From: Thermoplasmatales archaeon
GTDB lineage: Archaea > Thermoplasmatota > Thermoplasmata > Thermoplasmatales > Thermoplasmataceae
Assembly: GCA_027310185.1 (NCBI GenBank)
Contig: DAIDBH010000018.1
Coordinates: 1-64,000 of the forward strand
DNA length: 64,000 nucleotides
Direction of reading: 5' to 3'
How positions within the stretch are numbered: the first letter of the stretch is position 1; the number at the start of each line of letters is the position of its first letter. Made by a program: the position numbers and the translations under genes. Under the pieces are notes generated by a model. The model was not told where the DNA came from. It did not search any database and saw only the letters and a list, made by a program, of their open reading frames with translations. Below, in pieces: positions 50,185-63,770 of the stretch.

Positions 50185-51777
50185 ATGGCGCACAGGTATG
50201 AATTGACCATAGACAAGATACTGCTAAGTTCTGTGAGAAACAACCCTGATCAGGTCATTTCCTATCAGGGAAGGGAGAACATTACATATGAGGAATTCAA
50301 TGAGAGGGTAAGGAACCTTGCCTCATCACTCCTGAAACAGGGTGTAAGGAAGGGCGACAGGATCGCGGTTATTGACTGGGACACCACAAGATACCTTGAA
50401 GCGTATTATGCCATCCCAATGATCGGTGCAGTCCTTCACACCGTGAATATAAGATATCCTCCAGAGATGATATTCTATTCCATGCAGCATGCAGAGGATA
50501 CGTATGTTATAATAAGGGATGAGTTCGTTCCGCTCATTGCCCAGAACAAGGCCATGTTTTCATTCATCAGGAAGTGGATTGTGTATTCCGAAAAGGGAGA
50601 AATCCCAAAGACTCTTGAACCGGCTGTGAATTTTGACGATCTTGTGCAGAATCATGAGAGGGTGGAACTCCCGGAGATTTCAGAAGACACAGTTGCCACA
50701 ACATTCTACACATCAGGAACAACAGGACTGCCAAAGGGTGTTTCATTCACGCACAGGCAGATAGTTCTTCACGCACTTGCATCAATCGCCGGACTCAGTG
50801 ATCAGCCAATCAACCTAAGAAGCAGTGATGTGATGATGCCCCTTGTTCCCATGTTCCACGTTCATTCATGGGGAATTCCATATTCAACCATTATGAAGGG
50901 TATGAAGTATGTACTTCCAGGAAGATATGATGTTCCACTCATACTGAAGATCATGAAAAGTGAGAAGGTAACAGTCAGTGCAATGGTACCTTCCATAGTA
51001 TACATGATCATAAGCAACCCGGATGCTGCCGAATCACTGAAGGAAAACCACCTGAAAGTGATCGTGGGCGGAGGTGCCATTCCAGCAGGACTTGCGGAGA
51101 AGGCAAGAGCTGCAGGCATAGAAACCATAGCGGGATACGGAATGTCAGAAACTGCCCCGATCCTAACACTGGGAACATACACAAAAAAGGTCTTTGAGAT
51201 GGATGAAAAGAAGAAATCTGAATTCAGGATAAAGACCGGTGTGCCCATAAGTTTAGTAGATCTCAGGGTTGTGGATAAGGAAGGAAAGCAGGTTCCTTGG
51301 GATACAAAGTCCATAGGCGAGATAGTTGTAAGGGCACCCTGGCTCACGCAGGAATATGTGAAGGATAGGGAGGGAACTGAAAAACTATGGAAGAATGGCT
51401 GGATGCACACGGGTGACCTGGCAGTTGTTGACAGCTATGGGTACATCTCCATTGTGGACAGGGAAAAGGATGCGGTGAAGTCAGGTGGTGAATTCATCCC
51501 GACGCTTGTCCTGGAAGACCTGATCAGCACTGCTCCGGGCGTGAATGAAGTTGCCGTTGTGGGCAGGAGCGATGAAAAATGGGGAGAAAGGCCGGTTGCC
51601 TTCCTCACGGTCAATGAAAAATTCAACCTTGAGAATCTGAAGAAACATCTGGAATCATACGTAGAAGCAGGAAGGATAGCAAAATTCTGGCTGCCTGATG
51701 ATTACAAGGTGATAAAGGAATTCACCAAGACAAGCACTGGGAAGATTGACAAGAAGCCATTGAGAAAGAATCTCTAG
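50185..51777 (+). CDS. Fatty acid/acyl-CoA ligase (AMP-binding)
   Basis: YTSGTTGLPKG, GYGMSET, TGD, KSGGE, GKIDKK; start moved from 50074 to ATG 50185. Confidence 0.92.
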   Translation: MAHRYELTIDKILLSSVRNNPDQVISYQGRENITYEEFNERVRNLASSLLKQGVRKGDRIAVIDWDTTRYLEAYYAIPMIGAVLHTVNIRYPPEMIFYSMQHAEDTYVIIRDEFVPLIAQNKAMFSFIRKWIVYSEKGEIPKTLEPAVNFDDLVQNHERVELPEISEDTVATTFYTSGTTGLPKGVSFTHRQIVLHALASIAGLSDQPINLRSSDVMMPLVPMFHVHSWGIPYSTIMKGMKYVLPGRYDVPLILKIMKSEKVTVSAMVPSIVYMIISNPDAAESLKENHLKVIVGGGAIPAGLAEKARAAGIETIAGYGMSETAPILTLGTYTKKVFEMDEKKKSEFRIKTGVPISLVDLRVVDKEGKQVPWDTKSIGEIVVRAPWLTQEYVKDREGTEKLWKNGWMHTGDLAVVDSYGYISIVDREKDAVKSGGEFIPTLVLEDLISTAPGVNEVAVVGRSDEKWGERPVAFLTVNEKFNLENLKKHLESYVEAGRIAKFWLPDDYKVIKEFTKTSTGKIDKKPLRKNL

Positions 51778-51845
51778 GAATTGTATGTTAATAGATTCTA
51801 CATAAAAACCATAAAATTATTTACTGTCTATTCAAATATAATGAT

Positions 51846-53471
51846 ATGCACAGAAAATATGGGTCTGATGGAGTATATCTACAGCATGAAAATTACAATA
51901 TAGAAAAAAGTGGGAAGGGATCGAGAATAATTTATGAAATGAAGCCTGAAAATAATTGCAGGCTTGAAATTCACATTCCCCTCATTAATATTCAATTTTC
52001 ATGGTTCAGCACTTCTGGGAGGAGCAATGGGCTTGAACCAGACTGGAATGGCCAGGTGAAAATAAGGCCTAACATAAACATTCCAATCATTTCATTCTAC
52101 AGCCTGAAAGGATTCAATACATGCACCATTGCATTTTCAGATTGCCTGAACCCCATGGATCTCTCCTACGGAGTAAGCGAGGAGGACAAGGAAATTATAC
52201 TGAAAGTAAAGAGAAGATCACTTGCTTCATTCAACATCATGGTTGACACAGGCAGTGAATATGTGGATGAAGCACTCCTCTCTGCCTCCACATGGATCAA
52301 TTCATACTACAAGAGTCACGAAATTCCAAGGGGAGCAGAATGTATTGTTTATTCTACATGGTATTCAATGCACCAGGATGTGGATCAGGAGGTTGTTGAA
52401 GAAGAGGCCAGAATTGCAAGGGATTTGGGATTTGAATCAATATTCCTTGATGATGGATGGCAGACATCGGATAACAGGAGAGGTTATAGATTCACAGGTG
52501 ACTGGGAATTTGAAAAAACAAAATTTCCAGATCCTTCTGGGCATGTAAGAAGGATACATGAAATGGGCCTCAATTATGTTATCTGGATAGCACTTCCCTT
52601 CATTGGCATGGAATCGAGGGCATTCAGCAAATTCAGTTCCAGGCTTCTAAGGATAAATGAAGGATGGGGAACTGGAATTGTAAATCCTGCGGAAGAGGAA
52701 ACAACAGAATATGTAAAGGGAAGGGTAAGATATCTTTCTGAACTTGGATTTGATGGGCTGAAGGTTGATTTTATAGACTCTATAATTGACCCGGAGGACA
52801 GGGATGAAGTTTACACAAATATACCGGAATTCATTGAAAGAACATTGAGTCCCGCAAGAGGAAAACTCATAGAATTCAGACAGAGATATGTTTCTCCATT
52901 AATGCTTCAGCATGCGAACATGATCAGATCTTCGGACTGTCCGGGAGATCATGTTGAAAACAGGATCAGATCACTTAGCACAAGGATAATATCAGGAACT
53001 GTTCCGGTGCACAGTGATCCACTGATGTGGAGTAATGAAGACTCCATAGAAAACATTGCATTTGCCTTCGTGAATGTGTTGTTCACTGTACCGCAGATAT
53101 CAGTGATGTTGAAGGAACAGAAGAGTGAAAATCTGGTACTGCTGAATAAGTGGATATCTTTCTGGAAGGAGCACAGGTCAACACTTCTTCATGGTATAAT
53201 CAGCATAAGGCATATGGAATTGAACTATGCGGTAGTCACATCCTCTGGAAAAGGTGAAAGAATCACAGTATGTTATTCACCGGTGCAACTCACTTCTGAT
53301 GGAACAAAGGAGATCATCATCAATGCCTCTGGAAGTGATATTATCATTGAATGCCATAAGGAATGCGAATACGTAATTAGGGACTGTAATTTTGATGTCG
53401 TAAGAAGCGGAAAACTTTCCAATGGTATCAATAAGGTTTCATCACCATTCTGTGGTCAGATTTACATGTAA
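51846..53471 (+). CDS. Glycoside hydrolase family 36 (alpha-galactosidase-like)
   Basis: YSTWY, LDDGWQ, GDW...KFP, GLKVDF, IRSSDC. Confidence 0.85.
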   Translation: MHRKYGSDGVYLQHENYNIEKSGKGSRIIYEMKPENNCRLEIHIPLINIQFSWFSTSGRSNGLEPDWNGQVKIRPNINIPIISFYSLKGFNTCTIAFSDCLNPMDLSYGVSEEDKEIILKVKRRSLASFNIMVDTGSEYVDEALLSASTWINSYYKSHEIPRGAECIVYSTWYSMHQDVDQEVVEEEARIARDLGFESIFLDDGWQTSDNRRGYRFTGDWEFEKTKFPDPSGHVRRIHEMGLNYVIWIALPFIGMESRAFSKFSSRLLRINEGWGTGIVNPAEEETTEYVKGRVRYLSELGFDGLKVDFIDSIIDPEDRDEVYTNIPEFIERTLSPARGKLIEFRQRYVSPLMLQHANMIRSSDCPGDHVENRIRSLSTRIISGTVPVHSDPLMWSNEDSIENIAFAFVNVLFTVPQISVMLKEQKSENLVLLNKWISFWKEHRSTLLHGIISIRHMELNYAVVTSSGKGERITVCYSPVQLTSDGTKEIIINASGSDIIIECHKECEYVIRDCNFDVVRSGKLSNGINKVSSPFCGQIYM

Positions 53472-53775
53472 CTCAGCTTTTATTTCCATTGTGATATTGC
53501 ATTTATTTTAAGCACATTAAGTTAATTAAAAAAGATGGGGAGTTCTGTAACTTATTTCATAGATATTTCATGGACTCAGTACTCATTCAAGTTCGTACAT
53601 TTTATAAGGTTATAAACTATACTATTCATCACTTTATGCCTTTTTATCGAAAGCTCAAATTACTATACTGTGAGGGTCCAGTTAAAGTAGAAGTATACAG
53701 AAATGAAATTAAGCTTGTCTAGCAAAAGCTTACGGCTCATTCAAGAATCAGAAAGAATAATCTAGGGGTAAATTG

Positions 53776-55950
<2,175 letters not shown>

Positions 55951-56694
55951 TTATATTCAACTCCAGATTGTTTTTTAATATTGATTTATTATTACATAAT
56001 AATAAGTATAATCTATTTAAACATTATCAACAGACTTCCATGTTTATCTACATCCCTACCTGGAGGATGCACAAGAAGATATTGCTCACTTATTTTTCTT
56101 TCCTTTCTCATTATTTATCTCAATGGCCCCTATAATAACTGTTCTCAGCTTTTCCTTTACAACAGCTTCATTCTGAAAACAATCAACCGCTACCACAGAC
56201 CGTAATCCTGAATACCTGAGGGTGAAGGTTAAGGACATATATTCTGCTTACGTGAATTCTGCAATTGTGATTGTTTCCATGATATTAGCAGTGAACCCGC
56301 CCATTGCAACAATATGGCCGTACAATGAGGGCAGGCTCCATAGGCAGTTATTTCGTTGATCTGTTCCTTTACTATTCTATTCCAATATCCTTCATTGAGT
56401 CACTGATATCAGTACTTTAGATGCTTACATGGTCTTCACTTCGCAGGAGATATGCCGGAATAGATTCATCAGGTGGAATTGGAAACATATTGGTAAAGCT
56501 TCCTGCACTTTCTTTCTTCTGTTGCATTTCAAGATCAATATTAAGGATCTATTTTCTCTCACAATAGTCTAAATCATTATAATTGCCATTTTATTCCTTA
56601 TATTATACTTGATAACAATCAAGAAAATTTCAAACAGCAGATTGATTATACGAAAACCAGTGAAAAAAAATTCATTTTATATGAAAGCGTGGGC

Positions 56695-57054
56695 CTACTG
56701 ACCCACACTTTCTACCTTGTGGAATTTCTTCTCAGAGAATTTCCTGAAGTTTCTGAGTCCCTTTGAGAAATCCAGTGCACTGGGTTTCAGATAGAGGTCT
56801 ATATATTCCACAATGTCCATTTCATTATCCCTTGCTTCCTCTGAGATCTTTGCAACAAGGTATGGAACAACATTCTTTGCCTCCCAAATGGACAGATCAT
56901 ATTTCCTGAAAACTTCAAAGATGTCCTCAGAAATTTCGTCCATCTGGATCATTGTATCCCTTGTTACAACATCCCTTGTGTAGGTGGACTTACTCTCGCT
57001 GGCCAAACCATTCTCACCTTTTTCGGTTTCCTTTATCTCCTTTACTTCTGCCAT
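56695..57054 (-). CDS. Hypothetical protein
   Basis: 119-aa ORF with strong SD (GGAGGTGA) and TATA-like TTTATA upstream. Confidence 0.7.
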   Translation of the reverse strand: MAEVKEIKETEKGENGLASESKSTYTRDVVTRDTMIQMDEISEDIFEVFRKYDLSIWEAKNVVPYLVAKISEEARDNEMDIVEYIDLYLKPSALDFSKGLRNFRKFSEKKFHKVESVGQ

Positions 57055-57237
57055 TTTGTCACCTCCTTTGAGGCAATATAGTAATTTTAAACTTCTATAA
57101 AAACTTATCGCAATTTCGACTTATAATTAATATAATTTTGCTGTTAATTTTTACATTTTACATCCAGTAAAGGCAGGAATGGCAAACACTGAACAATGAA
57201 ACTGATATTGGGTGAATGTTCTCCAAGATCAAGTGTT

Positions 57238-58317
57238 TTAAGATATCTCTAAGAGATCCTTTGGAGGCTTCTGTGTGAGAAGTTCAAAACCATCCTTTTT
57301 TACCAGAACATCATCCTCTATCCTCACACCGCCATATTCCGGGATATATATTCCAGGTTCAACTGTAACAGCCATGTCTTTTTTCAGGCTAAAATCATAA
57401 CCACCAAAGGCTGGATGATCGTGAACCTCCAGACCTATACCATGTCCAACTCCATGCATCAGCCTGCCCTTATATGGAGAGCTGTCTATGATCTCATAGG
57501 ATTTTGCATTGACATCCCTTCCATTCACGCCTTCCCTTATCATCTTCATGCTTGATTGCTGTGCATCATACACTATGCTGTATATTTCCTTCTGTTTTTC
57601 TGTGGCCCTGCCAAATACTGAAGTTCTTGTCGTATCTGCGTGATATCTTTCAAAGGCAGCTCCATAATCAGTAAGGACAAAATCACCGGGCTTCAGCTTT
57701 CTCTTCCCTGGAGAATGGTGTGGTTCCGATGCATTTGGGCCAAAACATACTATGGTGCTGAAAGATGGCTCCGACGCTCCATTTGACATCATCCTGTATA
57801 CCATATACGCAGCCATTTCTGTCTCTGTCATGCCTTCTTTCAGTTGATCCATCGATGATTCATAGATCTCACTGCTTATCTTTGCCGCTTCCCTTAATTT
57901 TTTTATTTCAGTTTCATCCTTTATCATTCTCGCATCTGCAATGTTCTTTGACACATCCACAAGCTCAGCTTTTCCAGTGAGCTTCTTTACGTTATCAAAC
58001 ATATTTACCGTAAGTGAATCCTTGTTAACACCTATTCTTGACTGGCCTTCAAGCTCCTTTTCAATCATCTCATTCATCTGTGCAGAGGATGATGCAACAT
58101 ACACTTCATGGCCTGTTGATCTGGCTGTCTGTTCTTCCAACTGGTATACAAACATCTTAACCCTGTCCCTGTCTGCAACTATTGCCGAACCCTCAAAAAG
58201 TCCGCCATTTACCTGTGAAAGATAGAAAAAAGACTTGTCAATGGCATTTTCTCCACCATTCCTTATAAGGATCTTTTCAACACCATCAAGATTCCTGAAA
58301 ATATCTTTTACTGTCAT
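57238..58317 (-). CDS. Xaa-Pro peptidase (M24 family)
   Basis: EPHH, DYGA..YHADTTRT, HGVGHGIGLEVHD, TVEPGIY, GVRIEDD. Confidence 0.93.
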   Translation of the reverse strand: MTVKDIFRNLDGVEKILIRNGGENAIDKSFFYLSQVNGGLFEGSAIVADRDRVKMFVYQLEEQTARSTGHEVYVASSSAQMNEMIEKELEGQSRIGVNKDSLTVNMFDNVKKLTGKAELVDVSKNIADARMIKDETEIKKLREAAKISSEIYESSMDQLKEGMTETEMAAYMVYRMMSNGASEPSFSTIVCFGPNASEPHHSPGKRKLKPGDFVLTDYGAAFERYHADTTRTSVFGRATEKQKEIYSIVYDAQQSSMKMIREGVNGRDVNAKSYEIIDSSPYKGRLMHGVGHGIGLEVHDHPAFGGYDFSLKKDMAVTVEPGIYIPEYGGVRIEDDVLVKKDGFELLTQKPPKDLLEIS

Positions 58318-58433
58318 AAGGTTGAATACTTCTCTATCTAATTTGCTTTCTCGTCATTTAATAGCGAAGGTCAATGATATACTATCTGGGCAAATGTTTT
58401 TATACACTTATATGGTATTTCAACAGGTATTGA

Positions 58434-60311
58434 ATGAGATTATATTCTGGAATGATCGATAAATTCATTGAAGACACTGTAACAAACCAAATAACTGACA
58501 AATTAAAGAAGGCTTTCTTTGATCAGTTAGGTTATAATCCAACCAATAGCGAAATCTCAGCCTGGCAGAACTCCCTAAGGGCAATTTCAGAAATTCTTCA
58601 ATATTCACATTTCCAAGATCAAGGAATAATTCTGGAATATCAGATGCCAAACAACTCAAAAAGGTTGGACTTCCTAATATGTGGAAACAACAATGAAATG
58701 AAGGAAAAAGCAGTAATTATTGAACTCAAACAGTGGGAAAAAACTATGGAATCGGACGGGGAAAATGAAGTTAGAACATTCATAGGCCAGGGCATAAGGG
58801 AAAAACTTCACCCCTCAATACAAGCTGGCCAATATAAACAATATTTGGAGGATTCCGGGACAGTTTTTTACGAAGGTAAAAACCCAGTAATTCTTGATGC
58901 CTGTGCATATCTCCACAATTATAGCAGAAACGTGGATGATCCTATTTTTTCCACAAAGTTTCAAAACGTTCTCTCTAAATATCCTACGTTTACCAAAGAC
59001 GAAACAGGAAAACTGATAGGATTCATCGGAGCAAGAGTCAATGCAGGAGGTGGCCTTAAAGTTTTAAAAAAAATTGAAGAAAGCTCAAGCCGTCCCAGCA
59101 AAAAATTGATGAATTATGTTTCTAAGGTAATCAACGGAGAACCACAATACACATTATTAGATGAACAGTTAATCGTGTATGATAAAATCCTTTCAGCAGT
59201 TAAGAATGGTATTAAGGATGAAAAGAAAAAGGTAATAATAGTGGAAGGAGGTCCAGGCACGGGAAAATCAGTAATAGCAATAAATGTAATGGCTAAATTA
59301 TCAAATGAAGGTTATATTGTGAATTATGCCACAGGATCAAAGGCATTCACAAAAACATTACGAACCATTCTTGGAAAGAGGATCGAACCATTATTAAAGT
59401 TTTTTAACAGTTATGAATCTGAAAAAAACAACTCAGTCGATGTAATCTTAGCTGATGAAGCGCACAGGCTCTGGCATTTAAACAGAAGCCGGTTCACTCC
59501 AAAAACTAAAAGGAGCAATATACCTATCATCGATAATATAATAAGGGCATCCAGAACTTCAGTATTTTTTATTGACAACATGCAAATCATAAGGCCAAAT
59601 GAAGTAGGAACGGTTAAGTATGTAGAAGAAAATGCAAGGAGAAACCAATGTGATGTTGAATACTATAAGCTTGAAGCACAATTTAGATGTAAGGGCTCAG
59701 ATGCATTTATTAACTGGATAAATAACACGTTGAGAATTGAAAGAACTGCAAACTATATGTGGACTGGTGAAGAGAATTTTGATTTTCGGATTTGTAATAG
59801 CCCCCTGGAAGTGGAAAATCTAATAAAAATGAAGATCGAATCTGGAAAATCCGGAAGACTAACAGCTGGATTCTGCTGGGATTGGTCCGATCCAAATGAA
59901 GATGGGACCTTAAAGGATGATGTTCAGATAGGGGGATATAAGAGACCATGGAATGCCAAAAAAGGTATCAAAAAGCAAGCAGGAACGATTCCAGAGTCTG
60001 ACTTATGGGCTCATATGCAAGAGGGATTTGGTCAGATTGGATGTGTCTATACCGTCCAGGGGTTTGAGTTTGATTATATTGGGGTGATATTTGGTCTAGA
60101 TCTCAAATATAATCTAGATAAGCAGAAATGGGAGGGCCACCCGGAAAATTCTCATGATAAATCTATAAGAAAGAAAAAGAATTTTGAGGAATATGCAAAA
60201 AACATCTACAGAATCTTACTTTCGAGAGGAGTGGAAGGCTGTTATGTGTATTTTCAGGACAAGGACACGGAGAGATTTTTTAAAACCAGAATGGAGAATG
60301 TTGATGCCTAA
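58434..60311 (+). CDS. DUF2075 (Schlafen group 3-like) nuclease-helicase
   Basis: N-terminal EY..P..KRLD...IELKQW; GGPGTGKS; DEAH; QFRC; TVQGFEFDY; LLSRG. Confidence 0.88.
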   Translation: MRLYSGMIDKFIEDTVTNQITDKLKKAFFDQLGYNPTNSEISAWQNSLRAISEILQYSHFQDQGIILEYQMPNNSKRLDFLICGNNNEMKEKAVIIELKQWEKTMESDGENEVRTFIGQGIREKLHPSIQAGQYKQYLEDSGTVFYEGKNPVILDACAYLHNYSRNVDDPIFSTKFQNVLSKYPTFTKDETGKLIGFIGARVNAGGGLKVLKKIEESSSRPSKKLMNYVSKVINGEPQYTLLDEQLIVYDKILSAVKNGIKDEKKKVIIVEGGPGTGKSVIAINVMAKLSNEGYIVNYATGSKAFTKTLRTILGKRIEPLLKFFNSYESEKNNSVDVILADEAHRLWHLNRSRFTPKTKRSNIPIIDNIIRASRTSVFFIDNMQIIRPNEVGTVKYVEENARRNQCDVEYYKLEAQFRCKGSDAFINWINNTLRIERTANYMWTGEENFDFRICNSPLEVENLIKMKIESGKSGRLTAGFCWDWSDPNEDGTLKDDVQIGGYKRPWNAKKGIKKQAGTIPESDLWAHMQEGFGQIGCVYTVQGFEFDYIGVIFGLDLKYNLDKQKWEGHPENSHDKSIRKKKNFEEYAKNIYRILLSRGVEGCYVYFQDKDTERFFKTRMENVDA

Positions 60312-60382
60312 CAATAGATTTGACAAATAGGGACAATCTCATTTTTGAGTAAAGCTAATTTATTGTTAAATGATGTTTCCCG

Positions 60383-60745
60383 ATGGATGAAAACACAACG
60401 GTCAATAACCTGAAGGCTATGGTAAAAGCTTTCGTAGAGGAAAGGGACTGGGATCAGTTCCATAACGCCAAGGATCTTGCAATTGGTGTTTCCACCGAGG
60501 CAGGGGAACTTCTTGACATTTTTAGGTTCAAGTCCAAGGAAGACATGGATGAAATGCTGTCATCAGATGAGAAGAGACAGGAAATAGGTGATGAACTGGC
60601 AGACGTGCTTTACTTCATACTCAGATTTTCTGACAAGTTCAATTTTGATCTTTCAGACGAATTGAGCAGAAAGATGCTTTTAAACGCCAGGAAATATCCT
60701 GCTGAAAAGTCAAAGGGGAGCAACAGGAAATACAATGAAATTTAG
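60383..60745 (+). CDS. MazG-like nucleotide pyrophosphohydrolase
   Basis: ERDWDQFH..KDLA...EAGELL...DELADV...KYP. Confidence 0.92.
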   Translation: MDENTTVNNLKAMVKAFVEERDWDQFHNAKDLAIGVSTEAGELLDIFRFKSKEDMDEMLSSDEKRQEIGDELADVLYFILRFSDKFNFDLSDELSRKMLLNARKYPAEKSKGSNRKYNEI

Positions 60746-60790
60746 AAGATAACTTCACTTACAAAAATGACTTTTTTCTTTATTCAAATC

Positions 60791-61669
60791 CTATTTTTTG
60801 GAGTCATCGTAATAAAAGGTCTCAACTCCCTTTATTCCTGTATCAACCCTGAATATTGAACCTCCGAGGTCATTTGGATCCCTGGGCTGGTTATCGGTGA
60901 GTTTTGCTGAACTTACAAAAAGTTCAGTCATGTTCTTTCCACCGAATACACATGATGTCACATTTGTTGCTGGAAAAATAATCTCGTTCAGTTTCTTTCC
61001 ATTGGAAGGATTCCATCTTGATATCCGGTGGCCTCCCCAGTGGGCAACCCATATCCTCCCCTCAGCATCTATGTTCATACCATCTGGAAATCCAACTTCC
61101 GTGCTGAAATCCACTGCTATCTTTTCATTGGTAAGCTCACATTTTTCATTGTATGTGAAGGATCTGACTTTCCTTGTTGGGGTATCAATGTGGTAAAATG
61201 TCATACTATTTGTATCCCATGCAAGTCCATTTGAAATTGTCTGCCCTCCAAGAACCTTTCTTAACTCTCCTGATTTCGTGTAAACATAGAGTGAAGCCAC
61301 AGGCTCCTTCTCGTTCATGTCCATTGTTCCTGCCCAGTAATTGCCATAGGGATCAACCTTCCCATCGTTGAACCTGTTATTCTCAAGTGAAGTTTCAGTT
61401 TCCGCAAGTACTTTCTCCTTGCCAGTTGAAGTATCAATCGATGTAAATCTATGCCCAATGGTGGCATACATTTTTCCAGATATTGACGGAACAAGAGAAG
61501 ATACCATTCCATCAGTCTTCACAGTCTCTATCCTTCCGCTTGAAAGTTCATAGGATCTGAAAAGATGTCCCTTAATATCAACCCAGTAAACCCTGTTGTT
61601 CCTCTTATCCCAGGTAGGGCCTTCACCAAGAATCTCTGTTTGTTTTGAAATAATCTCTATATTGTCCAT
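60791..61669 (-). CDS. SMP-30/gluconolactonase family protein
   Basis: LGEGPTW, RFNDG, ISNGLAW, PDG..ID.EG, TSCVFGG. Confidence 0.93.
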   Translation of the reverse strand: MDNIEIISKQTEILGEGPTWDKRNNRVYWVDIKGHLFRSYELSSGRIETVKTDGMVSSLVPSISGKMYATIGHRFTSIDTSTGKEKVLAETETSLENNRFNDGKVDPYGNYWAGTMDMNEKEPVASLYVYTKSGELRKVLGGQTISNGLAWDTNSMTFYHIDTPTRKVRSFTYNEKCELTNEKIAVDFSTEVGFPDGMNIDAEGRIWVAHWGGHRISRWNPSNGKKLNEIIFPATNVTSCVFGGKNMTELFVSSAKLTDNQPRDPNDLGGSIFRVDTGIKGVETFYYDDSKK

Positions 61670-62037
61670 AAAACCTTAGAACTTCAATCAATAAAACGTA
61701 TGCGCTTGAAATTAAAATCAAAAATTCATAATATCTTTTAGACACATTCAGTTTGTCAGTAGCCGGTTGAATTTTTAAAACTGATGTTATGGTTTACACA
61801 TCTGCATAACCATAGTACTCACAATAGTATGTTTTATTATATGCAGAAGTAGTATACAATTTGAAAATATAGAGATCTTTTAGTGAAGATCAAATACTAT
61901 CGCTTTGAAGTTTTTAACACTCTTGGAGCATCCAGATTCTTTTTTCAAAATTTGAAATCCTGTGTCTAACCAACTTTCAACTTTTAACAAGATTAAGAAT
62001 ATTAAAGGAAATGTATAAAGTAGTCCTCAATTAACAA

Positions 62038-62925
62038 TCATGTTGTATTATCTCCGCTCCATGACGGACCCTGAACACCACTTGCAGCCTTTTCCACAAG
62101 TTCAATTTCTTCCGGTGTCATCTTCCATCCCATTGATCCTGCATTTTCCCTCACATGGTCAGGATTCGATGCTCTTGGAATGGGATAGACAAAGTCATAC
62201 TTACTGAAAAACCAGTTGAGAGCGATCTGTGGCATGGTCTTCCTTCCATGATTCTTCTCAATTTCACTCAAGACCTCTTTTCCCAGAGATGATTCAGAAG
62301 TTAGCATTCCGTGGGCAAGTGGATAATATGCAAGTATTGCAATTCCATTTTCTCTGCAATACGGAACCAGATCTTTTTCAATATTCCTGTGGGCAACATT
62401 GAAGTTCATCTGTGTTGACCTGATTTCATATTTCTTCATGAATGAAACCGCCTCCTTTGTCTGTTCAAGGTTGAAATTGCTTATTCCTATATGCCTGATC
62501 TTTCCTTCATCCTGAAGATGCTCCAATCCTCTCAAAGCCTCCTTTACCTTGTCAGAACTTGAATGCATGTGCAGCTGGTACAGATCTATGTAATCTGTTT
62601 CCAGTTTTCTCAGGCTTCTTTCACATGATTTTATAACACCGTCGTAGGAGTAATGAAGTGGGAAAACCTTGGTTGCTATGAATAATTCATCTCTCTTCTT
62701 CCCCTTTATAGCCTCTGCAACAAAGGGCTCTGTTTCATATATTTCTGCGGTGTCTATGAAATTAATTCCAGAATCTAATGCAGCTTTTATGGCATTGACC
62801 CTCCTTGCCTTTCCCGGCTTTATTCGCAATGTCTTTGCAAGACCTATCCACTTGAAATCGTAATATGTACCTACACCCATGGGTGTTATCATGGAGTCAG
62901 TGCTTCCAAACTTAACCTTTTCCAT
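62038..62925 (-). CDS. Aldo/keto reductase
   Basis: IDTAEIY, ATK, IDLYQLH, IGISNF, AYYPLA.G. Confidence 0.93.
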   Translation of the reverse strand: MEKVKFGSTDSMITPMGVGTYYDFKWIGLAKTLRIKPGKARRVNAIKAALDSGINFIDTAEIYETEPFVAEAIKGKKRDELFIATKVFPLHYSYDGVIKSCERSLRKLETDYIDLYQLHMHSSSDKVKEALRGLEHLQDEGKIRHIGISNFNLEQTKEAVSFMKKYEIRSTQMNFNVAHRNIEKDLVPYCRENGIAILAYYPLAHGMLTSESSLGKEVLSEIEKNHGRKTMPQIALNWFFSKYDFVYPIPRASNPDHVRENAGSMGWKMTPEEIELVEKAASGVQGPSWSGDNTT

Positions 62926-63005
62926 GGTTGGATGATCTGCATTGTACTTATAAAGGCTTTGAGTATTGATCTACCTTGATCTTACAGTGTAAAAAGAATA
63001 TGTTT

Positions 63006-63680
63006 TTACACATATGATAGAAGCCTGTCCCTGTTATCCCTGAGCCATTTTCTCCTTGCCCTCCAGTCAGGCATGAATTTTTCAACCTCCATCCAGAAAT
63101 TCTTTCCATGGGAGCTGATCTTTGTGTGAACTAGTTCGTGGATGATCACGTAATCAATCACATCCCTGGGTGCCATGGCAAGAATCAGGGTGAACCTCAG
63201 TTTCTCCCTGTTACTGCAGCTACCCCATTTCTGCGTGGCGCTTCCAACTGAAAATGAGGAATAGGTGCAATTCATGATACTGGAAAAATGAACCAGGCGT
63301 TCCTGCAGGTAGGCTTTCAGCTCATTTCTGTAATAGTTCCTGAACACTTGTCTTCCATTATCCCTGCAGTTTTCAGAAAGATGGAAAGTACCATCAAAGT
63401 GCAGGCATCTTCTCCCCTTCACAATTTGAATTTCATACTCATCCCCAAAGAGAGGACGTTTTTCACCGTCCTCAAATTTGGCACTCTTCTTCATCTGTGA
63501 AGCTCTGTCAAATTTCTCCTTGACCCTATCCATCCATTCCTTATTCTTATCAAGGAACGAATCGATCTGAGTTCTGGTTACATAGCTTGACACTCTCAGG
63601 GAGAAAGTACCATCCTTCCTGAGTCTCAGGACCATGTATTTCCTCCTCCTTCTAATCCGGATAATTTCAACATCCATCAT
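63006..63680 (-). CDS. YgjP-like (DUF45) zinc metallohydrolase
   Basis: KWGSCS, IDYVIIHELVH, H...FW. Confidence 0.88.
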   Translation of the reverse strand: MMDVEIIRIRRRRKYMVLRLRKDGTFSLRVSSYVTRTQIDSFLDKNKEWMDRVKEKFDRASQMKKSAKFEDGEKRPLFGDEYEIQIVKGRRCLHFDGTFHLSENCRDNGRQVFRNYYRNELKAYLQERLVHFSSIMNCTYSSFSVGSATQKWGSCSNREKLRFTLILAMAPRDVIDYVIIHELVHTKISSHGKNFWMEVEKFMPDWRARRKWLRDNRDRLLSYV

Positions 63681-63770
63681 GATACATCTTCAGTTTCAGG
63701 TTTGATAAATTCTTGGTAAATATTGTTTTTCTCTATAGTATGACAATATTCAAATTTGAAGAGAATAGGC

